A DNA stretch of 63,164 bases, filler included, from Collodictyon triciliatum (taxonomy: Eukaryota), in the NCBI GenBank assembly GCA_043381765.1. It is 27 parts of 27 records of this genome, joined end to end, with 100 filler letters (N's around TTAATTAATTAA, not from the genome) between each part and the next. Parts side by side here need not be neighbours in the genome. Positions count along the whole stretch, not along the records: positions 9,393 to 11,638 come from JBHJMP010009215.1; positions 11,739 to 13,984 come from JBHJMP010009216.1; positions 14,085 to 16,330 come from JBHJMP010009217.1; positions 16,431 to 18,676 come from JBHJMP010009218.1; positions 18,777 to 21,021 come from JBHJMP010009219.1; positions 21,122 to 23,365 come from JBHJMP010009220.1; 21 more parts are not named here. One strand, given 5' to 3'. Below the pieces are notes generated by a model that was not told where the DNA came from, did not search any database, and worked only from the letters and a program-made list of their open reading frames with translations. Position 1 is the first letter of the stretch, and every line of letters begins with the position of its first letter. This document shows, one piece after another, positions 10,084-22,759 of the stretch. The translations under genes and the position numbers were made by a program.

Positions 10084-11638
10084 TTAAGCTGTGGCTTTCT
10101 GTCTCCACTCAGCTGCTTTCTCGGTGTCCTTTCCAATACCCCATCCATTCTCATAGCATTCAGCAACAATAATCACAGCCTGTGGATATTTGTGTTTTTC
10201 ACCAATTTTGTCTCCCCATCCGCCCAGGATATCTTCCTTCATTTCAACCATTTCTTTCAAAACATTGAATGCCTCCTTTGAGCCTTGTTGTGCTAGTTGC
10301 TTCAGTTTTTCAAAGTTTTCAGCTTTTCCAAACCACTCAGCTGCTTTCTCGGTGTCCTTCCCAACACCCCATCCATTCTCATAGCACTCAGCAACAATAG
10401 AAACAGCCTGTGGATATTTGTATTTTTCACCAATTTTACTTCCATATGTCTTGTTTGCCCATTTGCTAAGAATGTTTTCCTTAATTTCAGCCATTTCTTT
10501 CAAAACATTGAATGCATCCTTTGAGCCTTGTTGAGCTAGTTGCTTCAGTTTTTCAAAGTTTTTATATGCTTTTAGAGCCAATAGATTCCACCCAGCTGCT
10601 TTCTCGGTGTCCTTCTCAACACCCCATCCATTTTTGTAACATTCAGCAACGATAGAGACAACCTGTGTATATATGTATCCGCCATATTTATACTTCATTT
10701 CAGCCATTTCCTTCAAGACATTGAATGCCACCTTTGAGCCTTGTTGTGCTAGTTGCTTAAATTTGTCAAAATCTAATGATAATTTTGGAAAGGCGACATA
10801 TCTCCAATAATAGGCCTTCTCAGTGTCCTTCTCAACACCCCATGCATTCTCATAGCACTCAGCCATCATTTGAGCCTGGAACTTGGTGAACTTACCCTGC
10901 TCACAATAGGCAGCAAAGTCCGCATCAAAAGAAAAAGCACCCATAGAAAGTAAGAGGGATTTGTTGAATCGACTCAATCTTGCGACATTTCTGATTAGGA
11001 TGTTACCACCTTGTAGCTTTCTTGGGCCGATAATCTGGACTGTCTTTGCATCTTGGATTCTGTTGGTGTCAATCATGTTCATCGCATCGCTTGTTCTGTT
11101 AAATACTGCGATGACTTCGTCTGGCTTTTCTTTCTTGACGAGGTATTTTCCTTGGGTGTAGGTCACTTCTGACTTTTGAAGGCTGTGTGTTTGGTTTCCT
11201 GTGGCTACATCCCAAATACGTATAGTTTTATCCCAACTTCCAGAAGCCAACCACTTTTCTCCATTCGGTCCTTGAATGCTGCAAACACTATTGACACATT
11301 CTGTATGACCTTCTAATGTTTTGATTTGGTTTCCTGTGGCCACATCCCAAATACGTAATGTTTTATCCCAACTTCCAGAAGCCAGCCAGTTCTCACCATT
11401 CGGCCCTTGAATACTGCAAACACTGTCAACTACCCTTATATGACCTTCTAATGTTTTGATTTGGTTTCCTGTGGCTACATCCCAAATACGTATTGTTTTA
11501 TCACCACTTCCAGAAGCCAACCAACTTTCACCATTCGGTCCTTGAATACTGCAAACACTCCTGACATCTCTTGTATGGCCTTCTAATATTTTGATTTGGT
11601 TTCCTGTGGCTACATCCCAAATACGTATTGTTTTATCA
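10084..11638 (-). CDS. WD40 tandem-repeat protein (45-aa, 135-bp near-identical units) with C-terminal Sel1-like repeats; 5' end missing
   Basis: The frame is open to the contig edge. Repeat unit: LASGSxDKTIRIWDVATGNQIKTLEGHxxxVxSVCSIQGPNGExW. A linker ends in NILIRNVARLSRFNKSLLLSMGA, followed by four AECYENGWGVEKDTEKAAEW-type units. No introns. Confidence 0.9.
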
Positions 11639-11964
11639 NNNNNNNNNNNNNNNNNNNNNNNNNNNNNNNNNNNNNNNNNNNNTTAATTAATTAANNNNNN
11701 NNNNNNNNNNNNNNNNNNNNNNNNNNNNNNNNNNNNNNCTTTCTCTTTCTCTTTCTCTTTCTCTTTCTCTTTCTCTTTCTCTTTCTCTTTCTCTTTCTCT
11801 TTCTCTTTCTCTTTCTCTTTCTCTTTCTCTTTCTCTTTCAACAGATTAAAACATTAAGACACTTATAAAGCTAGGAATCACGATTTTATTTGGCCAGCGG
11901 ATATTAGTTTGAATCATCAATCAGGAATGGCTTCCATTAAATCTATCATAAATATTATCAGATT

Positions 11965-13866
11965 TTATTCTTGCATAAATATATATATTGAAGATAGTAC
12001 CTGTCTTTTCTCCTTTTGGCCGAATGGTCCGATTCAGAGAATCCTGAAGTGGAGAAGTACTTGCTGGGTGTCTATTTGGAGCAATCATTTATTTATCATC
12101 GTTAAAGTACCATTGCTAATATACATAAATTTGTAGAATTAGAATAGTGTCGAGCTTCATATTCTGCAAAGTACTCACATCCCCTCTCTTCTCTGAATTT
12201 AGGTCGAATCCAAGGGACTGGTTTTGGATATATCTTCCTTGGAACGCCCGATTTAAAGGAAACATCGCTGGATTTCTAACTACCACAGGAGAACGCACTG
12301 AATTCGTAGGATAGACTTGTTCCGTCTGGCTGACGGGACTTTGATATCCTTTTTCACTTTTACTGTTTGATGAACCCGTTCGAGAAGGCGTTGGTGAAGA
12401 CGATTCACTTTTGGCTGGGGTGTGCACATTTGTTTTGGATAATTCAGAAAATCTAAATTCAAGATTTGCAGCTGCTAAAGATGTTGTTCTCGAATTTCTT
12501 GCGGACTTATTCCTATCAGGGACAGGGATTAGCTATTGTTAAACATCTTCCAAGCAAAATTGCTTTAATCACAACCACTACATTCTTTCATAGAGTTTGC
12601 CTTACGTGCTCCAGGGACTTGTCTGCGATAATGGATTTTGGTTGTCTCCGGAGTAGATGAGGGGTTTTTGAGACATGTTATGCTGAGATATTTTTGGAGG
12701 TGAAGTCTTTTGTGCTTTTCTTTAAAAAAAAAAAAAAAAGAAATGTTGGTTAATTTGCATAATTTAAAAAAAATAGAAAATGAGCTAAAAACTTGCATGG
12801 TGGATATTTTAGCGGAATCCTGCAATCTTCTTAACTCCTCTTTCAATTTTTTGTTTTCCATAGTCAAGGCTGCCACATCTTCTTGTTGTCTGCGACTCGT
12901 TTCTAGGAGGGTTCCGCGTTCCCTATCCGTAATTTTTTAACGTAATTTTTTTGTAACCAAACTATCGATATGCATATCAATTATTTTTTTTCAGAAGTCA
13001 CCCAACTTTTGGTATTCTTTTAATAATTCTGTAGCATGTATTCCTGACTCCCTTGCTTGTTGTAGTAGTTTTGATTGGTCTTGATAGTGCATTAACAAAG
13101 AGGACATGTGGGCTACCTGGAACTGAAATAAAAAAATCCGAAAACAAATTGATCTTTAGATAAATCTTCATATTTAAAAAATTACGTAAAATAATTTCGA
13201 CCAAGACTTATGAATACATTAAAGTTAATATAAAAATTCTCGTAAATGAAAAAATCGTGTCTATTGACATCTACTCCAATGAATTATACTTACCTTTACC
13301 ACGTCAACGCACTTTTGTAAAAGATTAACAGGATCGCCGAAGTAGTCTTTGACAGATGTTTTGAGAGCTTTCTATTGAATGGTCAAGTGATGCCATTTGT
13401 CTTTTTGTCGTGATGTTATCGACTGGTATTATGAAATAAGGACGAATAAATGAATTTGGCTCCTTTTGTCCATGGAGAGGGACTATGAAACCAAAAAGAC
13501 CCAAAGTTTTATCTAAAACGCACCTGAATAGATATTGCACTGCAAGGAGTTAAACAAACCCTGCAAGTCGAATATCCATCACCACACTGCTCACAAACAA
13601 AGTGGCCTATTTGTTTTGAAATAAAGTAGGATTGTGTCTCGATGCAGATAAAACATGCAAGGTAGCTTGTATTTCTATCTTTAAAGCATTAAATATCGAT
13701 GGATATTTGAATAGTTCTCTTTAAATGTGCACATTAAAAGAGAAAGGCTCTTCAAAACATTATACTTACCGCAACTTGTAAATAATACTTTCGTATCGTC
13801 TGTGCACCAGCAGATATTGCAATGCACCCATGCAGCCCACGGGGCACCCTTGTGCTCTTGCGCCAT
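11965..13866 (-). CDS. RNF212: RNF212/Zip3/ZHP-3-like meiotic RING-finger E3 ligase, multi-exon
   Basis: Spliced: MAQEHKGAPWAAWVHCNICWCTDDTKVLFTSC|GHFVCEQCGDGYSTCRVCLTPCSAISIQ|EPNSFIRPYF...|FQVAHMSSLLMHYQDQSK..., then a coiled coil (ENKKLKEELRRLQ) and an S/T/P-rich tail. WVHCNxC..TxCGH..C..C..C..C is the RNF212 zf-RING_5 signature. The 3' end is approximate. Confidence 0.75.
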
Positions 13867-14165
13867 ACCAACTGGTTGCTTTATTAGTATTCTGAAAATC
13901 ACCTTTTCTCTTTAGCTGTCTGCGATTCCCTCTTTTTTTTTTTTTCTTTTTTTTTTTCCCCTTTCTCAAAATAATTGCAGACCCNNNNNNNNNNNNNNNN
14001 NNNNNNNNNNNNNNNNNNNNNNNNNNNNTTAATTAATTAANNNNNNNNNNNNNNNNNNNNNNNNNNNNNNNNNNNNNNNNNNNNTTTTTTTTAACTTTTA
14101 ATTATTTTTTTTTTTTTTTTTTGTACCCGTCGACCAAACAACTGCTGAAACTGTATTTATGAAAG

Positions 14166-14324
14166 GTGGATGAAAACAAAGGAATAGCTTTGCGATTTCC
14201 CAGATTTGTACGAATCCGCACAGACAAGAATCCAGAGGATGCAACCCGGAATTCCCAAGTAGTAGAGATGTATCGCAAGCAAGCATCTGCTAGCCATGCC
14301 TTGGTCGATGATGATGACGATTAA
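14166..14324 (+). CDS. LIG1: DNA ligase I, last exon
   Basis: [39 protein letters not shown]...*, containing ATP-dependent ligase motif VI (LRFPRF.R.R.DK). Confidence 0.85.
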   Translation: MDENKGIALRFPRFVRIRTDKNPEDATRNSQVVEMYRKQASASHALVDDDDD

Positions 14325-14728
14325 ACACCAACTAATAGGATGATGGCCACTATTTTTTTTTATTTTTTTTTTACAGTCGATGTGCTTTCTATCTAAGCAG
14401 AAAAGGCTTTTTGGAAATAAAAAATGACCAATCGTCCCCTCACTCATAACTCGACAACATCGCTTTGTGACTAAACCATGTAAATGAAAGAGAGAAGAAA
14501 AAAATCTCACTGCAGGAGCAGTATGTTTCGATTTCGCTTCACCTCGGCAAACCAAACATCGATTTTTCAAGCTGGGGATATTTTTTTTTTTAATATTTTT
14601 TTTTGGATTGGCTTGGCAGTCGGTATCTGGTTCATGTAGTTTCTTTAACCATCCCAACGACATTACGCTGGGGGTGGCCAGCAAGTTGACAGAGTCAATT
14701 GTGCATCATTTACTCCCAGAAGTCTCAA

Positions 14729-16330
14729 CTAAACGTTTTTCTTACCACTACGATTCAGGAGTACGTAGGCCATGACATTGAAGACGACTCCGATGGAACA
14801 CACGATCGAAATGTCTGTAAACTTCGAGTAACCATCCATAGCATATTCAGTCAGCACATCTTCTCCAGTCTCATATGGGCATGCACCTGTTAGATGTATA
14901 GATCATTTTTAAATCCTGGCCAAAAATTAAATTATATTTTGTGACGACTTCTGCATCATTATTTTCGTTTTGTTTTGTTTTGTTTAATACATATATTGCT
15001 TAATCTTCTCAATTCATTTATGATTCGTAAATAAATATAGCTTCCATACAGTTGTAGATAGTTTTCTCCTCATCTGTGCACGTTATGTTAACACCAGAAA
15101 ATTCATTATTCACTATGGCTCGCAGGCTGTGGATTTTTATTTCAGTAAAACTAACCAACCATTAAAAACATAATCCAATCACAAATAAGTAATTGGATGA
15201 ATCATTCGTAAACATCTAAATCCAAACATCCGAATACATCTACACGACTAAAAATGGAGGACTAACATAGAGTAAGGATGAAAAGTATCGTGAATGTCTA
15301 AATTGAATTTCACAAGTGGTCAAAAGAAAATCATACCCATATTTCATAAAACTAACATGTTGTAGCCTATAACAATATTTCATTTAGGAAAAAAAAGAGA
15401 CTTCAAATGATTGAATTATACATGTTTTTTGTATTAATTTTTCGGATTCTCGTAACATTCGTGTGCTTAATACTTATATAGCTTTATGGAGTGCATAAGT
15501 ATATCCATTTAAAAAATACCATGAGAGAATCGGCGATATAGAGTCCAAATTGACCAAGAAACCAGATGTGACGAGGGTGGGAATGAAAATCATCGGCATA
15601 ATAGCTAAAACAGCAGCAACCTCTGAAATTCCTGACGACAGCATTAATGCTAAAGTGCAACCAGCGACGAGAAATTACGAGGAATGAAAAAATTTTTTTT
15701 TAGAAAGTTGAGTTTTTTTTTAAATATCACACTAAGTGATAATTCGTTTGTCTTTTCTTAATGCTATGAATATGAGCCTTTATATTTCATAGATGCGTCA
15801 TCGTCAATATGGAAGATACCGACCTAAAGAGTAAACACAATACGAGATAGAAAATAATCCGAAGATATGCGTGAAGAATCTCGAAGGCTATCGAGGTATC
15901 AAAAATATTATGGTCATATTTTTTAGTGAGCAGCTACCAAACCCAAGGTACTAATAATAATAAAATATCTAACATGTTTACATATTGAGATAAATTTTCA
16001 CATCATTATTGAGGTTAACTAGCCAGTACGAGCACGATGCAAAAAGGAAAGGCTTTAAAATAATCTGGGCAACCTACACAAAAACGAGCATATTTCATCA
16101 TATACAAAACGACGGATACACAAAGTGTATAGGAAGGCGATACTATTCCCTGAATAAATGCTGAATAAACTATCGCGGAACAAAAGAACGCTTCTTTTCC
16201 AAAGTTGAGTCCAAAATACCTCTGTAGTAAGCTTGGCGAGAAAATAGGGGAGAGTGTCATATAATCCTTGTCGAAACTCATGAAGGAAGATGGCCCGTTC
16301 CGCAGGAACTAACATCGTCGAGTATTTCTT
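14729..16330 (-). CDS. ABCG/white-family transporter, C-terminal transmembrane domain exons
   Basis: PAERAIFLHEFRQGLYDTLPYFLAKLTTE...MIFIPTLVTSGFLVNLDSISPILSW...HVSFMKYGYD...CPYETGEDVLTEYAM...MAYVLLNRSGKKNV*. Confidence 0.85.
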
Positions 16331-16433
16331 NNNNNNNNNNNNNNNNNNNNNNNNNNNNNNNNNNNNNNNNNNNNTTAATTAATTAANNNNNNNNNNNNNN
16401 NNNNNNNNNNNNNNNNNNNNNNNNNNNNNNATC

Positions 16434-16468
<35 letters not shown>

Positions 16469-16779
16469 CATTATCATTATCATTATCATTATCATTATCA
16501 TTATCATTATCATTATCATTATCATTATCATTATCATTATCATTATCATTACCATTATCATTATCACAATCATCATTATTATTATAATTATTTTTATCAT
16601 TATTATTATCTCAATCATCATTATTATTACTTTCACGATAACCTTGTAAAGTAGGTTTAGCTACTGATGAAACGGCTTTGTAATCATGAAGATTATTTTC
16701 ACTGGATTTTCCAAAATAAAGCATGTAAAACATGCTTCATTCCATCTGAATTTTGGCTTTAAAATATAACCATAATTAG

Positions 16780-18444
16780 ATATTCGCGATTTGATTACTC
16801 TGGATGATGTCATGGATGAGCTGGAGTACGGACCAAACGGGGGATTGGTTTATTGCATGGAGTAATATTTTATTGGATGGGCTGTTCTTTCGTCTATCAA
16901 ATTCAATATTGCGGTTTGAGAGGGCCATATATTCTTTCGTATTTACGAACGAAAGCAAGACATGAAAACACACACTCTGATAATTATTAACAACAATAAA
17001 TTACATCTATTCAGAGAAAATAATGCTTGTTATTTATTTGTAGCTTCTATTTTTCTCCCGAATATTATTACTGTCTAAAATCAATATATTCTCCTCAATT
17101 ATCTCAGATATCTCATGGAGAATTTTGAGTGGATGGAGGATGTTTTGGGTGATTATGACGAAGACTACATTATTTTTGACTGCCCTGGTTTGCATCCATA
17201 TAGCACACGAATATAACATAAGCATTTCAGTCGGATAACTTATACACATATACATTTATTCCATGAAAAATCATTATTTATCTATATATTATTTATGTAT
17301 TCATCTGTTTATTTATCAGCCCATTCAAAGACATCTTTGATTTCAATTTTACAATCGTCCAGGTCAGGTAGAATTGTACACGCACATACCCATCATGCGA
17401 GAGTTTGCCAGAAGGTTGCAGGACATGGGATATTTTCTCTGCGCTGTATATGTCCTTGACTCCCACTTTATTTGTGAGCCCGCGAAGTTTATGGCTGGGG
17501 CACTCTCTTGCTTGTCCACGATGACCCAGCTTGAAGTCCCACACATAAGCGTTCTATCCAAGATTGATATTCTCGGAAAAAGCGGCTCGAGGAGCAAACT
17601 AAAAAGGTTTTTTTTCTATTCTTTCTCGACTTTCAGCTTCAGTTAGAATATGTGAAAGCTGATAATGATGTGCAAACAAAGCCTTGTTGTAAGTTTTCAA
17701 AAAAAAAGTGAATAAAAATAATGAAACAGCTCTGTGCTGGGTGATGAATGTGCAAAATACAAATACTGTAATATATTTTCTTGAGCACATATCTCCATTT
17801 TCAAAACCAATTCGCAGATTCAAACCAAAATTTAAAATTACTAATGAATGCAAGAATATAGATTTCTGAAAGCCGATACGGAGGCACTCCTGAATGAGCT
17901 CAACGAAGACATCGGAGAAAACTTTTTTCTCTTGAATCGTGCAATGGCAGACCTGGTAAATCCTTCAAAATAGAATCGAACACTACGTTTCCTTTTCCCT
18001 TCTTCCTTTTTTCTCTTTTCTTTTTTCTTTTTTCTCTTTTCTTTTTTCCTTTTCCTTTTTCCTTTTTCCTTTTTCCTTTTGCTTTCCTTTTTTCCTTTTG
18101 CTTTCCTTTTTTCCTTTTTTCTTTTTAATTTTCATTTTCCTCATGCATAATGCGACAATAAATGCGGACAGATTCAAGAATACAGCCTCGTTGGTTTCAT
18201 CCCCTTCAATATCGACAACCCAAACTCCATCAGCATCGTATCGCAACACATCGACACAGCGCTGCAGTACGGAGAGGACGTGGAGGTGCGAGAGAAGGAA
18301 AGCTTTGGTGATGATGACGCTGATGAAGATGGAGACGGCGATGGCAATGACGATGACGATGGCGATGGCTTTGAACGGGGCTTTGGTGCAGCCTTTCACC
18401 GCGGCGAATCGGAGGGCAATGTGGATTGGGAGGGTCTCGACTGA
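16780..18444 (+). CDS. GPN3: GPN-loop GTPase 3, 5' end missing
   Basis: DIRDLITLDDVMDELEYGPNGGLVYCME|YLMENFEW...IIFDCPG|QVELYTHIPIM...LEVPHISVLSKIDIL...|IQEYSLVGFIPFNI...IDTALQYGEDVEV, followed by an acidic tail. Confidence 0.92.
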
Positions 18445-18776
18445 GTCTGCACCGACGTCTGCTCTTGTGCCGCACAGCTGCAGAGAATAAATCGAGGCGA
18501 TGCGTGTCGCACCAGAGAGCTGAAAAGGATGAGAAATGCGGAACGGTTGGAATCGGATGCTTAACGACGGGGCGGAGAACAAAAAACAAAAAACAAAAAA
18601 CAAAAAACAAAAAACAAAAAACAAAAAACAAAAAACAAAAAAAAAAAAACAAAAAACAAAAAAAAAAAAACAAAAANNNNNNNNNNNNNNNNNNNNNNNN
18701 NNNNNNNNNNNNNNNNNNNNTTAATTAATTAANNNNNNNNNNNNNNNNNNNNNNNNNNNNNNNNNNNNNNNNNNNN

Positions 18777-18874
<98 letters not shown>

Positions 18875-18962
18875 ACAGGGAAGAGGGAGAGAAAGAGGTA
18901 GATAGAAAAGAAAACAAACACAAAAACAAAAGAGAGTTTAAAAGTGAAACAACTCATCTAAC

Positions 18963-19810
18963 CTGTCCCTGGATCTGATGAGACTGAAGAGGGTGTGGGC
19001 ACTTCATCTTTCGAACTCCATTCACAATGCTTTCACCAATCTTACTATGAGTGTTATTGGGGTTATGGAATAAAATAAATACAATCTACTTGCACTAATT
19101 GGGCCCCCTTTTGCCAGGATTTCACTGAGACACAAGTATGCAACATAAAATAAATACATTTTTTGTCCGATCGTAGAGTTTTCTTGGAAAACCACGTCAA
19201 CGTCCAAATCAACACTGCTGGATGAAATGCACCAAGCCATTCCTCCAATAACCTGTAAATATCAAGAGTTTAAGAGCAGCAAAAAAAAAAAAAGTTATCA
19301 GGACTTGTTGAGTAAGGCAACACTAAAGATTCTTTGAGAAGGTATCGGTGGAGACAAACCTTATCAAAAGCTGACAGTGCCGAAATACGAGCGCGAAAGT
19401 AACTGTGTTAATTTTCTCATTATTTCCTTAAAATACAATACATTTTTTTGGCTATATTCAACTTAATTCAATCACGGGACGATTCGCCCCAACGATGAGT
19501 CAAAATGAGATACTAATGAAGGAAATATGAAAAAAAAACTGAGCGAGAAAGAATAGGATATAAGGAGAGACAAGGAATACATAGAATAGGTGATGTAAAG
19601 GGAGTTACGACCGAGAAGCAGGTAGATGATCGGTGAGACTGTAAGTATGACAAACCCTGCAGCAAGAAGCAGATCAATAGTTTCCTCGTATTTCTTTTGT
19701 TGCTCTTCGTCCAACTCGCCAGGCGCAGCGTTCTCCACAACAACCTTTGATAGGGTGGGCATTTTGCTGAATGCCTTAGTTCCGCGCTTTGCTGCGGCCG
19801 TAGTACTCAT
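18963..19810 (-). CDS. CCDC93: Coiled-coil domain-containing protein 93 (CCC/Commander complex), 5' exons
   Basis: [89 protein letters not shown]. Confidence 0.9.
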
Positions 19811-21297
19811 TTGCAAGGCTCCTTCAAGCAGGTTTGAAGTAACAAAAACAAAAACAAAAACAAAAACAAAAACAAAAACAAAAACAAAAACAAAAACAAA
19901 AACAAAAACAAAGGAAAGCGTCATTAGTCACTAAACCTGATTGTAATGAGAGCAAACAAGTCATAACTGCCAGCAGTTTTGCTGGGTGGCCCAAGCACCT
20001 TGCCTCGTGGATTGTTGTTGTTCTGTTTCGACCTTTACTTCTTTCTCGACGGTCTATGTGGGGTTGGCCGCCCCAGTTCTTTTCGAAATGTGCCGACAAC
20101 GCATCAATTCTGCCAGAGAAACCTGATTCATCTGTCAAGACCCAAAGCAAACATAATATAAATGTGGAAATTATTGCACAGAACTTTTGCCAATTTTCCT
20201 TTTTCCGCTGCCAACCAAAGTACACACAACACCGCGTATCCCGACAAACCACGAATCTTGCGCCCCAACTCGAAGGCACGGAGCCACTCACATGTGGGCA
20301 AATGAGCGCCAAAAGAATTGCCGGTGGTACACCGATGAGTAACCGAGATTCTTTTCGTGGTGAAGAGGAACACACGCAAGCATCTGAGCTGTTTCAGCCC
20401 AAAGCAGGAACCAACGACTCGTTCTGAAATTTCCATAAATGTACTATCAACATCCTCTCACCCACAGTATAGCATGTTGTAATAGCAGAGACAAGACTTA
20501 GAAATTTCAATAAAATTGACTGAAAATGTGCTGGGTATGTAAATTCCGCATATAGTGATACCCATTGAATGTTCTGAGCTAGGCTTGCGAGGAATGCGTC
20601 CGAAAAAAAGGAAAAAGAAAACCAACCGAACCCATGGCGAAAAAACAGGAAATGAGATTCCGGCGGGTGACGTTTTCGGAATAAACAATTTATGAGCTCC
20701 GTTCGCGGGTGGCGTTTGCCTGAAAACCGCCCGGTTGATCAGGGAATAGGATTTTTTTTTTCCTTCGATGCGACAAAGTTCATTTTACTATTGCACTCTG
20801 TGAAGTGACTCCATAAGAAAGAAAAAGAGAAAGAATAGAAAAAGAGAAAGAAAAAGAGAAAGAGAAAGAATAGAAAAAGAGAAAGAATAGAAAAAGAGAA
20901 AGAATAGAAAAAGAGAAAGAATAGAAAAAGAGAAAGAGAAAGAGAAAGAGAAAGAGAAAGAGAAAGAGAAAGAGAAAGAGAAAGAGAAAGAGAAAGAGAA
21001 AGAGAAAGAGAAAGAGAAAGANNNNNNNNNNNNNNNNNNNNNNNNNNNNNNNNNNNNNNNNNNNNTTAATTAATTAANNNNNNNNNNNNNNNNNNNNNNN
21101 NNNNNNNNNNNNNNNNNNNNNGTTTTTGAAAAGTAAAAAAAAAATATATTTTTAATATTTGAGTGTTTTAATGGGGGGTTAAATTCTTTTTTTTTTTTTT
21201 TTTTTTTTTTTGGTCTTGTCTTGTTGTGGTTTGTCGCTTCTGAACTGAAATGGTTATGGATATTCAAGTACATGCATTTATGTTGGATTGTTTTCAC

Positions 21298-22474
21298 CTT
21301 GCCACATACAGGCGACCCGGCGTAAAGCTTAGTAGCAGCCAATATATGAGCATGAACAGCATTATCGATGTAAGTAAAATCCACCAGGTTCGTTCCGTCC
21401 CCAATGATGTGAGAAAACTGGCCTTTCTTTGCCTGGTTGATAAAACGTGGGAGAAAGCTTTTGTCACCAGGCCCAAAAATAAGGTGGGGCCGGAGAGCGC
21501 ATGTCAGAAGATTATTTCTCCCGTTAGCGGAGAGCACGCACTGTTCCGCCAAAGCCTTACTAGCCGAGTATCCATCGAGATTTCTTTCAGGGTAGGGCAA
21601 AGACTCATCCCCGTTGATGATGTCCTCACCTGTAAAGACAACAGCTGCAGAGCTCGTATACACCACTGCTGAAACCCGCTGCAACACACATGACGACAGC
21701 AGAATCTCTGTTCCTTTCACATTTGTGCTGTGAAAGTCGCCATACTCAGCCCACGGTCTGGTAAGAGCAGCCGTATGGAAGACTATGTTGACGCTGTGCA
21801 GAGCAGCAAACAGTCTGCTTTGGTCTCGAATGTCTCCCTCGAAGCAGACTACCCCGTGCATCTCCTGCAGCTCTCTGTCCTTGGCACGGTCATATATTCG
21901 CACCTTTGCGTTGTACACAACCGAGAAAGAAAGAAAAAGGAGGGCGCATATTGAATATATATATATCGAGCTTGTGGGAAACACATAACAGTCTCAACTT
22001 AATGGCACATGTTGAAAGAAATGGAAGCTATTATAGAAACAGTCATAGGAGATACAGCAGGAAGAAGTGATGTCCACATTAATAGAAAAAGGAGCGCAGT
22101 AATGTTTGTGGTTAGGGATACATGATGAATGACCACGCATAAAGGATCATAGAAACCTGTGCTCCGCGCTTTGTCAGCGCAATAGCGATGCTTCGCCCAA
22201 GAAAGCCGCAGCCGCCGGTCACGAGACAGACTTTGCCGCACAGCGGATCCTGGGAAGCAGTTTGGTCGGCCTCGCTCTCTGCATCTGCATCTGCATCTGC
22301 GTCTTGGTCGGTCTCTGCATCCGTGTCTGTGCCATAAGCAGGCGTCACCGTCCCTGTTCCTGTCCCTGTCTCAGTTGCGTCCGACTCTGCCTCGCTCTCT
22401 GTGCTGAAAAAGCTGGACGCGGCTAACGCGAGAGTCGTGCTTGTGCTTTGAGTTCGCGGCAGGGGATCGGACAT
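21298..22474 (-). CDS. NSDHL: Sterol-4-alpha-carboxylate 3-dehydrogenase (NSDHL/ERG26-like 3-beta-HSD), 3' end missing
   Basis: KVCLVTGGCGFLGRSIA (Rossmann fold), VFHTAA, NVKGT, VVYTSSAAVVFTGEDIINGDESLPYP, YSASKALAEQ (YxxxK), CALRPHLIFGPGD, VDFTYIDNAVHAHILAA. Has an acidic N-terminal extension; start Met uncertain. Confidence 0.85.
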
Positions 22475-22759
22475 GCCTTGCTTCTGGCCTGGCTTGTCTT
22501 TGCTCGGCGTCTCGTACTGTGGATAGTGTTTTGCTGTCTTGTTTGACAGATGGTTTGGGTGCCCTGTTGTTGTTTCACTTTGATTTACATTTGGTTTGCA
22601 TGTGGCTTGCGAGCTCATAGGTAGCGCCGGAAGGCAAATACGCGTTTTTTCTACACGCCCGGCGTGCTTAGAAGGGTTTGTTTTGATTTGCGAGCCTTCG
22701 TTTGTATGGACGCTACATGGGAAGCAGGTGGCTGAGAGCCCGGCCATTGAGGGATTATG

